Part shown: positions 30,612-42,299 of the stretch, one piece after another
Numbering within the stretch: position 1 is the stretch's first letter
Layout: every line of letters starts with the position of its first letter
Assembly: GCA_963744145.1 (NCBI GenBank)
Contig: CAVUSO010000001.1
Coordinates: forward strand, 2,112,001 to 2,176,000
DNA: 64,000 nucleotides
Direction: 5' to 3'
DNA from: an uncultured cyanobacterium
Lineage (GTDB): Bacteria; Cyanobacteriota; Cyanobacteriia; Cyanobacteriales; CAWUOF01
The notes under the pieces: generated by a model
Seen by the model: only the letters and a program-made list of their open reading frames with translations
What the model was told of the DNA's origin: nothing
The model's database searches: none
Translations under genes and position numbers: made by a program

Positions 30612-31919
30612 TTGGTTAATCAACCTGAGTCATGTCCAATGGATAGTCCTCTGGGTCAATTATGGGAAGGAAACAATATTATATCTGCTTGCCAAGATAA
30701 TTCGGCTCATAGTGCCTACCAAATTTGGCAAAATCGCTTTATGCTGAACCGTTTACGTTTAGCAACCAAGATCGATCTGCTAGTGGGGGTAACGATTACC
30801 ACTTTTTTTATTGGTGAACAACTCTGGCAGCAGGGAGAATTAAGATTTACATCACTTGTGATTGGTGGTATAGTAGAATTAGGGGTATTTTGCTGTTGGA
30901 TATCATGTCAAACCAGTTGGGGAAAACGTGATCCAGGGCGGATTTTTCTAGCTTTATGTTGGTCTGTCAATGTGATTGTCCAGATCGGACTAGCTTTTGT
31001 CAATGAGATGGAACCCCAAAGTCATCTTTGGACTTTGGTTTTTCTGACTCAAGCGACCTTGATTCCCGTGCGATGGCCATTACATTTAATTTCACAATTA
31101 GGAACAGTAGTTGGCTATGGCATTTTATATAGCCTGGTAGACCTAAATTTAAAATATTCATTTTTTTATTATGCAGAAAGGGGATTATATTTATTTTGGG
31201 CTTGTGTGATTTGTAATTTTTCTGTATGTCTATATGAACGTCTGCAAAAAACTGAGTTTCAGACTCGGCGCGAATTGGAAGCGGCTCAAGAGAAATCAGA
31301 ACGGTTACTCCTAAATATTTTACCAGGTTCGATCGCGGAAAGATTAAAGTCACAAAATATTATAATTGCCGATAGTTTTGATGAAGTAACAGTGTTATTT
31401 GCTGATATTGTTGGATTTACCGAAATTTCCACTAAAATTTCTCCAATTGAACTAGTTGAGTTATTAAATCAGCTATTTTCCATGTTTGATCAACTGGCAG
31501 AAAAACATAAACTGGAAAAAATTAAAACCATTGGAGATGCTTATTTAGTAGTAGCTGGTTTACCAATACCATGTCCTAATCATGCGATCGCGATCGCCGA
31601 AATGGGCCTAGATATGCAAGAAGCGGTAAAAAGTTTTAATAGCTTAACTGGGCAATCATTACGACTGAGAATTGGGATTAGTACAGGACCAGTAGTAGCA
31701 GGAGTAATTGGGTTGAAAAAATTTGCCTACGATTTATGGGGAGATACAGTAAATACTGCAAGTCGGATGGAATCTCACGGGTTAGCTGGTCAGATTCAGG
31801 TTAGTGAATCAACTTATATGTATTTGCAAGAAAAATATTTATTTGTGAAACGCGGGATCATCCAAATTAAAGGAAAAGGAGAAATGACTACTTATTTGCT
31901 GACCGGTAAAAGAAATTAA
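30612..31919 (+). CDS. Membrane-bound class III adenylate cyclase
   Basis: About 6 TM; LFADIVGFT, KIKTIGDAY, YDLWGDTVNTASRMES, with K/D adenine-specifying residues. Confidence 0.92.
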   Translation: MVNQPESCPMDSPLGQLWEGNNIISACQDNSAHSAYQIWQNRFMLNRLRLATKIDLLVGVTITTFFIGEQLWQQGELRFTSLVIGGIVELGVFCCWISCQTSWGKRDPGRIFLALCWSVNVIVQIGLAFVNEMEPQSHLWTLVFLTQATLIPVRWPLHLISQLGTVVGYGILYSLVDLNLKYSFFYYAERGLYLFWACVICNFSVCLYERLQKTEFQTRRELEAAQEKSERLLLNILPGSIAERLKSQNIIIADSFDEVTVLFADIVGFTEISTKISPIELVELLNQLFSMFDQLAEKHKLEKIKTIGDAYLVVAGLPIPCPNHAIAIAEMGLDMQEAVKSFNSLTGQSLRLRIGISTGPVVAGVIGLKKFAYDLWGDTVNTASRMESHGLAGQIQVSESTYMYLQEKYLFVKRGIIQIKGKGEMTTYLLTGKRN

Positions 31920-32093
31920 AGTTGATGATTATTAACTAATCGCAATCCGTTCGATGACTTAGAGCAGTTATCATCAAAATATCCGGGATAGGGATTAAAT
32001 TTATAGAAACTAATAATATTGGACATTTTCTAGCTAATTATAGTGAACGACCAGAAGAGCAACTCAATCCACTGAACGCAAACCACCAAAACT

Positions 32094-33839
32094 ATGAACA
32101 AAGCATCGGTTTTAATTATTGACGACCAACCAGATAATTTTGATGTCATTGAAACTTTTTTGAGCAAGGAAGACTATCAATTACATTATGCAGCTAATGG
32201 TCAAGAAGCGATCGCCACACTCGACATATTTAAGCCAGATTTAATTCTCTTAGATATCATGATGCCAGGAATGGATGGGATTGAATTTTGTCAACAGATT
32301 AAAGCCATACCCCAATGGGAAGCAGTACCAATCATTGTCGTGACAGCTCTGACCACTAAAACAGCTTTAGCTGAATGTTTAAGCGCTGGAGCAGACGACT
32401 TTATCAGTAAACCTGTCAATAGCTTAGAGCTAACTGCTAGAGTCAGATCAATGTTACGCATTCGTCAACAATATCATCAACTAACAACCTTCAATGCTCG
32501 ATTAGAAGCAACAGTACAACAACGCACTAACCAACTCCAAACAATGATTTTTCAGGATGGGCTCACCGCCCTACCTAGTCGGAAATTTTTACTTCAGAAA
32601 TTGACAGAGATCTTAAAATCTGGCTCATTATCCTTTGCGATAGTTTCCCTCGACTGTGATCAGTTTAAACTGGTGAATGGTTCCTTTGGTTATGCCGTGG
32701 GTGATCAATTATTAATCACGATCGCCAAACGTTTACAACATTATCTACGTCCTGGGGATATATTGGCCAGAATGGGAGAGGATGAGTTTTGTTTTTTGCT
32801 CAATCAAATTGAAAATCTAATCGAGATTGAGAGATTTATTCAAATTCTGCTAGACAGCTTTAAAGCACCGTTTTCCGTAGCAAATTGTCAAATTTTTATG
32901 ACTGTCTCGATTGGGATTGCTTTAGGTAATGATCTGGAGCGACAAGCAGAAGAATTTTTACAAGATGCTGATACGGCAATGTATCAAGCGAAAAGTCGTG
33001 GTAAGAGTAGCTATCAAATTTTTGATCGTCAGATGCACGTAACGATGTTCAAGCGTTTAATGTTAGAAAATGATTTGCAAAGAGCGCTAAAAAATCAAGA
33101 ATTCATTACTTATTATCAACCAGTTATCAATCTAAAAACTCAAAAACTGGCTGGATTTGAAGCATTAGTCCGCTGGCAACATCCGGAATGGGGTATGGTG
33201 TCACCAGGAGAGTTTATTCCTTGTATGGAAACAACCGGGTTAATTGTACCTGTAGGAATGCTTGTTCTTAGACAAGCTTGTCTACAACTTCAGACTTGGC
33301 AACAGCAAGGTTGGACTGAAATCAGTATGAGTGTAAATCTATCAGTCCGACAATTTGCTTGTTCGACCCTGATTAGTGATATCGATCAGGTGTTACGCGA
33401 AACTGGTATTAATCCGGCTGATCTCAAGTTAGAAATTACGGAAAGTGCTATTATGGATAATCCGGATCAGGCGATCGCGCTCACGGAAGAATTGCGATCG
33501 CGACAGATTCAGATTAGTCTGGATGACTTTGGAACTGGATATTCTTCTCTGGGTTATCTCCATCGTTTTCCTTTAAATAATCTCAAAATTGATCGCTCTT
33601 TTGTGAATCAAATTCAACCAGAAAATCGGAATTATCATGTAGTCGATACGATTATTTCCCTCAGTCAACAACTTGGTCTCTCAGTTATTGCCGAAGGAAT
33701 TGAAACCATTCCACAATTAGAATGGCTCCAGCAACTCGGTTGTGAGTTTGGACAAGGTTATTTATTTTCTAAACCCCTAGCTGGTACAGCATTTTTCCAA
33801 GATGATCAACCAATTCCAAATTTTAGGACAAATATGTAA
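32094..33839 (+). CDS. REC-GGDEF-EAL protein, probable c-di-GMP phosphodiesterase
   Basis: N-terminal receiver; variant [26 protein letters not shown]. Confidence 0.92.
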   Translation: MNKASVLIIDDQPDNFDVIETFLSKEDYQLHYAANGQEAIATLDIFKPDLILLDIMMPGMDGIEFCQQIKAIPQWEAVPIIVVTALTTKTALAECLSAGADDFISKPVNSLELTARVRSMLRIRQQYHQLTTFNARLEATVQQRTNQLQTMIFQDGLTALPSRKFLLQKLTEILKSGSLSFAIVSLDCDQFKLVNGSFGYAVGDQLLITIAKRLQHYLRPGDILARMGEDEFCFLLNQIENLIEIERFIQILLDSFKAPFSVANCQIFMTVSIGIALGNDLERQAEEFLQDADTAMYQAKSRGKSSYQIFDRQMHVTMFKRLMLENDLQRALKNQEFITYYQPVINLKTQKLAGFEALVRWQHPEWGMVSPGEFIPCMETTGLIVPVGMLVLRQACLQLQTWQQQGWTEISMSVNLSVRQFACSTLISDIDQVLRETGINPADLKLEITESAIMDNPDQAIALTEELRSRQIQISLDDFGTGYSSLGYLHRFPLNNLKIDRSFVNQIQPENRNYHVVDTIISLSQQLGLSVIAEGIETIPQLEWLQQLGCEFGQGYLFSKPLAGTAFFQDDQPIPNFRTNM

Positions 33840-33989
33840 ATATGTAATTATACATAAATTTTAGAATTGCCAGTAGCTACCTGCGTAATTGTACTTAAAA
33901 ATTTAGGTTCCTAATATGATTTGTATCACACAAGTGGATTACCAATTAAGGCAAATTTATAAAGGGAATCATCAGTAATAAAAATCTGT

Positions 33990-36900
33990 ATGTCCATGGT
34001 TATTAGTGCTAAAACAATCAACCCATTCAATTTTAGATCAACAATCGTCCCAAATCCCTTAATTGTATCTCCTGATACCATTGTCCTGGATGCTATCACC
34101 CAAATGAATGGTATGTATTCCCAGTGTGATCTAAGTACCACTACAGATAGTCAAATTAATCATAGTCATACCAAAGCGCGAGCAAGCTGCTTGTTAGTCG
34201 TGGAACATCAGAAATTAGTCGGTATATTTACGGAGCGAGATGTCATCAATCTGATTACCCAGCAAAAACCCCTTAACTGTTTGCGGATTGGTCAGGTCAT
34301 GGTTAATCCTGTGATTACTTTGTCTGAGTCAGCATTCACTAATTTATTTATAGCAAGTAATCTGATCCAGAAACATCAGATCCGTCATTTACCGATCCTC
34401 AATGAACAAGAATCGGTGATCGGAATGGTCACCCCAGAAACTCTCTGGTTCAATCTAGAACAACAGATGGAACCAAGAACCGCAAACCGGAAGCTTAAAA
34501 AAACTCTCGCAGAACTAGAAATAACTAATGCAGAATTACCTCAAAATCCGACGGATTTAAAAATCAGTCAGGTGCCATTTCTAAAACTTGAAAGTGAAAA
34601 ATTATGCCACCAAGATTTCTTTAATTTTGTCAATGCTCTAACTGAAATTAACCAAACCAAAGAAACTGAAACATTACTAAAACAGCAAAATCATATTTTA
34701 GAACGTTTAGTCAAGGAGCGTACTGCTGAACTTCAGAACAGTGAGCAGCGTTACCGTGCTCTTATGGATGGTGCTAGTGATGCAATTTTACTCATTAATG
34801 CTCAGGGGAATTTGATTGAGATGAATCGACGAGCTGAGTCTTTATTCGGTTATAGTCGAGCAGAAATAACTCAACAACATATATCACAACTTTATCCCGG
34901 TGATGCCCAGTTAGAAATAAATAACTATTTTAACAATGTGATTATGAATCATTTTAGTCCCAGCATTGAAAGTAGTATTCTGAGAAAAGATGGTAGTCAT
35001 TTACCGGTGGAAATTACAGCTAGTCGCATTGATTTGCATGGTGAACAAATTACTCAAGGAATTTTTCGGGATATTAGCGATCGCAAACAAACTGAAATTG
35101 CTTTGCAAGAAAGCCGGCGATTTATTGAACAAATCGCTGACTCTTCTCCGAATATTCTTTATCTTTATGATGTTCAAGAAAAGATGAATATTTATGTAAA
35201 TCGGCAGATTTTTACTATCTTAGGTTACTCAACAGAAGCAATTCAACAAATTGGCAAAAATTTAGATCAAGAATTAATCCATCCAGAAGATAGAATTTCG
35301 ATTTTGCCGACTTATTATCAGCGTTTAAATCTGGCTAAAGATGGGGAAATTATTGAAACTGAATATCGAATGAGGCACGCTAATCAAGAATGGCACTGGC
35401 TTTATAGTCGCGATGTCATATTTAGTCGTGATGACAAGGGACGAGTTAAGCAAATTATTGGAACCGCTGAAAATATTACCGAACGCAAACGCTTAGAACA
35501 AGCTCAAAATCGTCTAATTGCTATTCTAGAAGCATCAACTGATTATATTCTAATTGCAGATACTACAGGTGCCACTATCTGGAATAATACTACTCTGAAA
35601 AAACTACGATGTTTAGATTCTCATCTCGCAGTGATGCGGCAAAGAGTAACTGATTATCATCCTCCATCCGCAGTGGAATTAATTGAAAAACAAGCGATAC
35701 CAGCGGCGATCGCGAACGGTAGTTGGTTAGGAGAAAATATCTTGTTAGATGCACAAGGAAAAGAAATTCCTGTGTCCCAATTGTTAATTGCCCATAAATC
35801 ATCTCAAGGAGAAGTGGAATTTTTCTCAACCATTATGCGGGATATGCGAATTCACAAAGCTTATGAACAAAAACTAGAGCAAACCAATGCGGAATTGCTT
35901 CGTGCTACTCATCTCAAAGATGAATTTTTAGCTAATATGAGTCACGAACTTCGCACTCCGCTTAATGCTATTTTGGGCATCACAGAAGGACTACAAGACC
36001 AAGTTTTTGGTCCGGTTAATATTGAACAAATTAGAGGATTGCAAATTATTGAGCGGAGTGGGTTTCATTTACTGGCTTTAATCAATGATATTTTGGATGT
36101 TGCTAAAATTGAATCTGGTCAGATTGACTTAGACTGTACTCCTACTTCTGTAGCTTTACTTTGTCAATCTAGTCAAGCATTTATTAAACAACAAGCTCTG
36201 AAAAAACGGATTCAGTTAGAGATGAAATTTCCAGCCAATCTACCTGATTTATTAGTGGATGAACGGCGCATCCGTCAAGTTTTGATTAATCTACTTAACA
36301 ATGCTGTTAAATTTACTCCTTTCGGGGGTCGGATTACTCTAGAGGTAAAACGGATCAAATATTCTCCTCCCATTCAGGTGGCTGATTTGCCATCCCCAGA
36401 TTACCTACAAATTGCTGTGATTGATACAGGGATTGGGATTGCTCCAGAAAATATTGATAGACTATTTCAGCCCTTTATTCAAATTGATAGTGCTTTGAAT
36501 CGTGAATATACAGGAACAGGTTTGGGTCTTTCCCTCGTGAAACGTATTGTCGAACTTCACGGAGGAAAAGTAGGACTAACCAGTGAGGTGGGAGTAGGTA
36601 GTTGTTTTACAATTGAGCTTCCCTGTCATACTTCTAGAGCTTTTTCTCCTGAATTAGAAACTCAACCCGAGTTGTTCCAGAAATCGAACCAGTCTCAACT
36701 AAAAATATCACCCTTAATTTTATTAGCAGAAGATAATGAAGCTAATATTAGCACAGTTTCCAGCTACCTAAAAGCTAAAGGTTATCGTCTGTTGTTAGCA
36801 AAAAATGGTGAAGAAGCGATCGCCTTAGCTCAGTCTGAACATCCAGATTTGATTCTGATGGATATTCAAATGCCCAGTATGGATGGATTAGAAGCAATTA

Positions 36901-37070
36901 AACATATTCGTGATCATCCCAATTTAGTTAAGCTACCAATTATTGCTCTGACTGCTTTAGCGATGACAGGCGATCGGGAGCTTTGTCTGGAGGCTGGAGC
37001 TAATGATTATCTGACTAAACCAGTCAAATTGAAACAATTAGCAAATACAATTCAACAATTTTTAGCTTGA
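33990..37070 (+). CDS. CBS-PAS(x3) hybrid histidine kinase with C-terminal receiver
   Basis: LVGIFTERD and IRHLPI (CBS), PAS/PAC motifs, [30 protein letters not shown]. Confidence 0.92.
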   Translation: MSMVISAKTINPFNFRSTIVPNPLIVSPDTIVLDAITQMNGMYSQCDLSTTTDSQINHSHTKARASCLLVVEHQKLVGIFTERDVINLITQQKPLNCLRIGQVMVNPVITLSESAFTNLFIASNLIQKHQIRHLPILNEQESVIGMVTPETLWFNLEQQMEPRTANRKLKKTLAELEITNAELPQNPTDLKISQVPFLKLESEKLCHQDFFNFVNALTEINQTKETETLLKQQNHILERLVKERTAELQNSEQRYRALMDGASDAILLINAQGNLIEMNRRAESLFGYSRAEITQQHISQLYPGDAQLEINNYFNNVIMNHFSPSIESSILRKDGSHLPVEITASRIDLHGEQITQGIFRDISDRKQTEIALQESRRFIEQIADSSPNILYLYDVQEKMNIYVNRQIFTILGYSTEAIQQIGKNLDQELIHPEDRISILPTYYQRLNLAKDGEIIETEYRMRHANQEWHWLYSRDVIFSRDDKGRVKQIIGTAENITERKRLEQAQNRLIAILEASTDYILIADTTGATIWNNTTLKKLRCLDSHLAVMRQRVTDYHPPSAVELIEKQAIPAAIANGSWLGENILLDAQGKEIPVSQLLIAHKSSQGEVEFFSTIMRDMRIHKAYEQKLEQTNAELLRATHLKDEFLANMSHELRTPLNAILGITEGLQDQVFGPVNIEQIRGLQIIERSGFHLLALINDILDVAKIESGQIDLDCTPTSVALLCQSSQAFIKQQALKKRIQLEMKFPANLPDLLVDERRIRQVLINLLNNAVKFTPFGGRITLEVKRIKYSPPIQVADLPSPDYLQIAVIDTGIGIAPENIDRLFQPFIQIDSALNREYTGTGLGLSLVKRIVELHGGKVGLTSEVGVGSCFTIELPCHTSRAFSPELETQPELFQKSNQSQLKISPLILLAEDNEANISTVSSYLKAKGYRLLLAKNGEEAIALAQSEHPDLILMDIQMPSMDGLEAIKHIRDHPNLVKLPIIALTALAMTGDRELCLEAGANDYLTKPVKLKQLANTIQQFLA

Positions 37071-37222
37071 TTATCTAGTAGCGATCGCTAAAGATTGACA
37101 ATTACTTGAGCAGTTTTTATGATTAGTAAAATTATCAACCATGATCAGATTCAGAAACTTTTCCGAGCCCAACTATTTTCCCAATCTCCACCCAAATTTT
37201 CCCCTAGCAAAAAGCAAAACTT

Positions 37223-38224
37223 ATGAAATCCAAATTTTATTTTTTTCTAACTCTATTTGTTGTACCTTTGTTCATGGCAATTTTCCTGAATAGTTGTAAC
37301 TTAATTGGTCAAGGAAACTTAAAAACATTCACAGTTGGATTAAATACTTGGCCCGGTTATCAAGTAGCTTTATATGCTCAAGCAAAAGGGCTATATAGAC
37401 AAAATGGATTAGAAGTAAAATTTGTCCGTTTTACCAATCAGCAAGATAATATTCGGGCGACAATGCGGGGCGCACAAGATGCTAGCTTTGTACCTCTAGC
37501 TGAAGTGATGCAAGCCGATCCCAACCAGGAGCAACCTGTTTTTGTTATGGTTGCTGATATTTCTGCGGGTTCGGATGGGATTGCTGCCCAACCTCCAATT
37601 AACTCTGTTAAAGATTTAAAAGGTAAAAAAGTAAGTGCTAAACTTAGTACAATTTCTCATTTAATTTTATTGGAAGCACTCAAAGCTAACCAAATTAACC
37701 CCAAAGACATCGAAATAGTAGATGTTGGTAATGAGCATGGAGTAGAAATGCTTAAACAAGGAGAAATAAGTGCCTCTGTGCTTTGGGAACCGCTTTTAAT
37801 TGATACAGCTAAAGCAATAGGAGGAAAAGTCATTTATAGCACTGCGGATGTGGATAGCGTTGTGATTGATGGATTAGCAACTCATTCCAGTCTGATTAAA
37901 GATAAACAATATGAACTAGTCCAGTTTATCAAAACTTGGTTTGAAGTTATGAAAGCCATTGAAACTAATCCACAGGAAGTTTTTACGGTTGTGGCTGAAC
38001 AACTTGGCACTAAAACTGAGATATTTTCTCAAGACTATAAAGGACTGAAAAAAGGTGATTTAGCCATGAATCAACGGATGTTTGAAGGGGGAAGATTAAA
38101 AGAAGCTTCCCAAAAAACTCGTGAATTTTTATTAAGTGATCTGCGGCATGGACGCATTATTCGTGAAGATGTGGAACTAAATGGAGAACTTCTGGCTAAA
38201 GCAACTCAAAATGGTAGGTTATGA
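37223..38224 (+). CDS. NitT/TauT-type periplasmic substrate-binding lipoprotein
   Basis: Lipobox LNSC; WPGY, DISAGSDGI, VKDLKGKKV, LWEP. Confidence 0.85.
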   Translation: MKSKFYFFLTLFVVPLFMAIFLNSCNLIGQGNLKTFTVGLNTWPGYQVALYAQAKGLYRQNGLEVKFVRFTNQQDNIRATMRGAQDASFVPLAEVMQADPNQEQPVFVMVADISAGSDGIAAQPPINSVKDLKGKKVSAKLSTISHLILLEALKANQINPKDIEIVDVGNEHGVEMLKQGEISASVLWEPLLIDTAKAIGGKVIYSTADVDSVVIDGLATHSSLIKDKQYELVQFIKTWFEVMKAIETNPQEVFTVVAEQLGTKTEIFSQDYKGLKKGDLAMNQRMFEGGRLKEASQKTREFLLSDLRHGRIIREDVELNGELLAKATQNGRL

Positions 38225-40611
38225 AACAACAAACCCGATCTTATCAGCGTAAATTATCCCACCAATTGCTAGGCAGTTTGGGAGCATCTTTAAGTTTGAT
38301 TGGATTAACTACATTGTTGATTACCTATACATCCCTACGGCAAAATTTGGAACAAAAAATTAAACAACGAGCGCAAAACATTACTTATTCACTTGAATTT
38401 GCTTCAGAAGGATTGATTGAAAATAATGAAATATTTCTGTTAAAACGGATGGTGCAAAACTATGCTACTTTGCCAACAGTAATAGAAGTTTCTATTGTTG
38501 GTCCGGATGAAATTCTGCTAGCCCATAGTAATGAATTTGAATTTCATAGTAATAAGTTTCGTTATTATCGTGATCTTCATCCAACTCTGATCCCAGCACT
38601 TGAAAAAGCTTCTCAAGAAGGGGTAGAAATAACTATCCGTACTGTTTTAGATGGCAAAGCAGTGGTGGTAAATATGTTACCCTTTACAGGAGTTCTATTT
38701 AATAAATTAGGCTCTAGTTCTCCGGCACTGACAAAACGCCGAGGATTAGCTATCTCTGTACTAGATCTCCAAAAAATAGAGCTAGAAGCGTGGCAAAATT
38801 CTCTATCTTTGATTCTGACAATGACAGTCAGTGCTGTAATGATTCTGATCTTCATGAGCTGGTTAATTCAACGTTTAATTCTCACTCCTTTAGCACAAAT
38901 TAATCGAGCGATTATGCAGGCTGAACATCAGGATAATTTTTACTTACCAATTTTACCTGATAATGAAATAGGTTTTTTAGGAACAACTTTTGACCGAGTG
39001 TTTAAACAATTAAAAACTTATAAAAATCGGGAATTAGAAATAGCTGAACGCAAATATATAGAAATTGCTAAACGCTATAAATTAGCAACCAGTGCCGCTA
39101 AAATATGGGTATGGGATTGGCAGATTGAAGCTGATATATTTCTGTTAGAAACGGAAATGAAAGAATGGCTTGGTTATACAAATATGGAATTTTCTAGTAG
39201 TTTAAGTGCTTGGAGTAAATATATTTATATCGATGATCAAGTTATTTTTTTACGACTATTACAAGACCATTTAGATGGCAAAACTTCCGAGTTTTCCTGT
39301 GAACATCGTCTGGTGAAAGCAGATGGTGCTTTCCATTGGTTTCTGTCTCGGGGAAAAGCATTACAGCATGATGGAGGTAAAGCTTTCCGAGCGATCGGTA
39401 CGATTACAGATATTGCTGAACGTAAACAAGCTGAAGCAGAACTGAAGCAAACTAATGAAGAACTTATTCGTGCTAATCGTCTGAAAAATGACTTTCTAGC
39501 TACGATGAGTCATGAACTTCGCACTCCCCTGAATGTGATTATAGGAATGACAGAAGGATTGCAAGAAAAGGTCTTTGGTGATCTAAATGAAAATCAAATT
39601 ACAGCCTTAGAAACTATTGGGAAGAGTAGCGCCCATTTACTATATTTAATTAACGATATTTTAGATATAGCCAAGATTGAATCAGGTCAATTAGAGTTAA
39701 ATTTTGCGACTACTGATATTGCTAAATTGTGCCAATCAAGTCTGGCATTTATCAAATTACAAGCCCTAGAAAAATGGATTAAATTAGAGATCAAATTGCC
39801 GCCAGAGCTACCAAATTTATTAATTGATGAAAGACGGATATTTCAAGTTTTAATTAATCTGCTTGACAATGCTGTCAAATTTACTCCTTCTGGGGGACGT
39901 ATCACCTTAGAAGTCAGTAGTAAAACCCATTCTTCCGGTCAAAATTATCTCCGAATTGCTATTATTGATACAGGGATTGGTATTGCTCCAGAAAATATCA
40001 ACAAATTATTTCAACCTTTCAGCCAAATCGATAGTTCCTTGAACCGTAAATATCAAGGAACAGGTTTAGGACTGGCTCTAGTGAAAAAGATTGTTGAAGC
40101 TCACGGTGGAGAAATACATCTGACAAGTGAGGTAGGAATTAGCACTTGCTTTATGATTGATCTTCCTGGTCTGGTTTATTGTTCATTGGCTGTACCACTA
40201 GAAACCCATGTAATACCCAGGTCAGAAATTGGCAAATCGGAAACGGTGATATCTCCTTTAATCTTGTTGGTAGAAGAGAATGAAGCTAATATAAGTACAA
40301 TTTCTAGTTACCTAAAAGCTAAAGGTTATCAGTTGTTGTTGGCAAAAAATGCCCAGGAGGGAATTGGTCTAGCTCATTCTCAACCACCTAATTTGATTTT
40401 GATGGATATTTCTATACCTGAAATCGATGGAATTGAAACTATTCAAAATATCCGTCGCGATCCGAGTTTAGTTAATATTCCGATTATTGCTTTGACAACT
40501 TTAGCCATGACCAGCGATCGCGAACTTTGTTTAGCTGCTGGTGCTAATGATTATCTGAGCAAACCAGTGAAAATGAAGCAATTAGTAACTACGATCCAAC
40601 AGCTTTTATAA
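38221..40611 (+). CDS. Membrane hybrid histidine kinase (periplasmic sensor, HAMP-like, PAS, HisKA, HATPase, REC)
   Basis: Two TM segments, [25 protein letters not shown] overlap with the upstream binding protein. Confidence 0.92.
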   Translation: MKQQTRSYQRKLSHQLLGSLGASLSLIGLTTLLITYTSLRQNLEQKIKQRAQNITYSLEFASEGLIENNEIFLLKRMVQNYATLPTVIEVSIVGPDEILLAHSNEFEFHSNKFRYYRDLHPTLIPALEKASQEGVEITIRTVLDGKAVVVNMLPFTGVLFNKLGSSSPALTKRRGLAISVLDLQKIELEAWQNSLSLILTMTVSAVMILIFMSWLIQRLILTPLAQINRAIMQAEHQDNFYLPILPDNEIGFLGTTFDRVFKQLKTYKNRELEIAERKYIEIAKRYKLATSAAKIWVWDWQIEADIFLLETEMKEWLGYTNMEFSSSLSAWSKYIYIDDQVIFLRLLQDHLDGKTSEFSCEHRLVKADGAFHWFLSRGKALQHDGGKAFRAIGTITDIAERKQAEAELKQTNEELIRANRLKNDFLATMSHELRTPLNVIIGMTEGLQEKVFGDLNENQITALETIGKSSAHLLYLINDILDIAKIESGQLELNFATTDIAKLCQSSLAFIKLQALEKWIKLEIKLPPELPNLLIDERRIFQVLINLLDNAVKFTPSGGRITLEVSSKTHSSGQNYLRIAIIDTGIGIAPENINKLFQPFSQIDSSLNRKYQGTGLGLALVKKIVEAHGGEIHLTSEVGISTCFMIDLPGLVYCSLAVPLETHVIPRSEIGKSETVISPLILLVEENEANISTISSYLKAKGYQLLLAKNAQEGIGLAHSQPPNLILMDISIPEIDGIETIQNIRRDPSLVNIPIIALTTLAMTSDRELCLAAGANDYLSKPVKMKQLVTTIQQLL

Positions 40612-40637
40612 ATCTAGATAATTGCGAGGAAAAACCG

Positions 40638-41832
40638 ATGGAATTAGCATCCAAAAATATAGACATTGAACAAGTATTACGAGAGTTACGGGATATCAAA
40701 TATGCCCTTGATTTAACTACAATTGTGGCCATTACTGATATCAAGGGTAGGATTACTTTTGTGAATGATAAATTTTGTCAAATTTCTAAATATAATCGCG
40801 AGGAACTGATCGGTCAAAATCATCGGATTCTTAATTCTGGACATCATAGCCATGAATTTTTTGTCGAGATGTGGCAAACAATTACTCAAGGACAAATTTG
40901 GCGAGCAGAAATCAAAAATCGGGCTAAAGATGGTTCCTTTTATTGGGTAGATACTACCATTGTTCCTTTTTTAAATCAACATGGTAAACCCTATCAATAT
41001 CTGGCTATTCGCACAGATATTAGCGATCGCAAAAAAAATCGAAGAAAATTGGCAACGAGAAATCGAAGAGCGCAAACAGGTAGTACAGGAATTATGTGCT
41101 TTAACAGAACGTTTAAAGATTAGCAACCGAGAATTACAAGATTTTGCCTATATATCTTCCCACGATTTACAAGAACCCCTGCGGAAAATTCAAGCCTTTG
41201 GCGATCGACTCAAGTTAACCTGTCAGGATGCACTTAATGAAAAAGGAAAAGATTATTTAGAGCGAATGTTAAATGCGGCTAGTCGGGCGCAAATATTGAT
41301 CAATGATCTGTTATCCTTGTCACGGATTAGCACCCAGACCCAACCCTTTCAATTAGTGAACTTGTCGGAAATTCTGGTAGGTGTATTATCCGATTTGGAA
41401 ATTATGATTGAGCAAACTGGGGCAACAATTGAGTTTGATCCCCTACCTGTGGTCAATGCAGATCCCATCCAAATGCGTCAGGTTTTGCAAAATCTGATTG
41501 GTAATGCGCTTAAATTTAGACAAGCAGGAATTGCTCCGGTAATCCAGGTGCGATCGCAGCTTGATCTCGAAGCAGACCAAAATTGGTGTAAAATTCGGGT
41601 GATTGACAATGGGATTGGGTTTGAGCAAAAATATGTGGATCGGATTTTTCTCATCTTCCAACGACTACATGGACGGGGAATATATGAAGGTACTGGTATT
41701 GGTTTAGCAATTTGTCGTAAAATTATTGAGTATCATGGGGGAACACTAACAGCAGAAAGTGTGCCTCAGCAAGGTGCAACTTTTATTTTTACCTTGCCCA
41801 TTCAACCAACTCAATTAGAAAATCATGTCTAG
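40638..41832 (+). CDS. PAS histidine kinase split by an extra A in an A8 tract (41031-41038)
   Basis: PAS/PAC ([14 protein letters not shown]) in ORF 1; [11 protein letters not shown] and GTGIGLA in ORF 2; A7 would give DRKKIEEN in frame. Confidence 0.85.
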
Positions 41833-42283
41833 AAAAGGAAAAAGTATCACCATTTTGGTAGCAGAAGATGATGAAGACGATCGCTTATTAATGCAAGAAG
41901 CATTAGCAGAAAATCGTCTTGCTAATGATCTGCATTTTGTTAATGATGGTGAAGAATTGATGGATTATCTCCTGCATCGAGGAAACTATGGTGATCCCAC
42001 AAATGCGCCCCATCCTAGTTTGATTCTGCTCGATTTGAATATGCCTCGCAAAGATGGAAGAGAAGCTCTTAAAGAAATTAAAACTAACCCCAACCTTCGC
42101 AAAATTCCGATTGTGGTCTTAACTACATCGCAAGCAGAAGAAGATATCCTGCGTACCTATGATCTAGGAGTAAGTTCCTTTATCTCTAAACCCGTAGGGT
42201 TTGAATCGATGGTCCAAATTATGAAAACCTTGGGCAAATATTGGTTTGAAATTGTGGAATTGCCAGATCGAATCTCTAAGTAG
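41825..42283 (+). CDS. Single-domain response regulator (Rcp1-like)
   Basis: AEDDEDD, LLDLNMPRKDG, VLTTS, FISKP. Confidence 0.92.
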   Translation: MSRKGKSITILVAEDDEDDRLLMQEALAENRLANDLHFVNDGEELMDYLLHRGNYGDPTNAPHPSLILLDLNMPRKDGREALKEIKTNPNLRKIPIVVLTTSQAEEDILRTYDLGVSSFISKPVGFESMVQIMKTLGKYWFEIVELPDRISK

Positions 42284-42299
42284 CACTTTTTGATATTAA

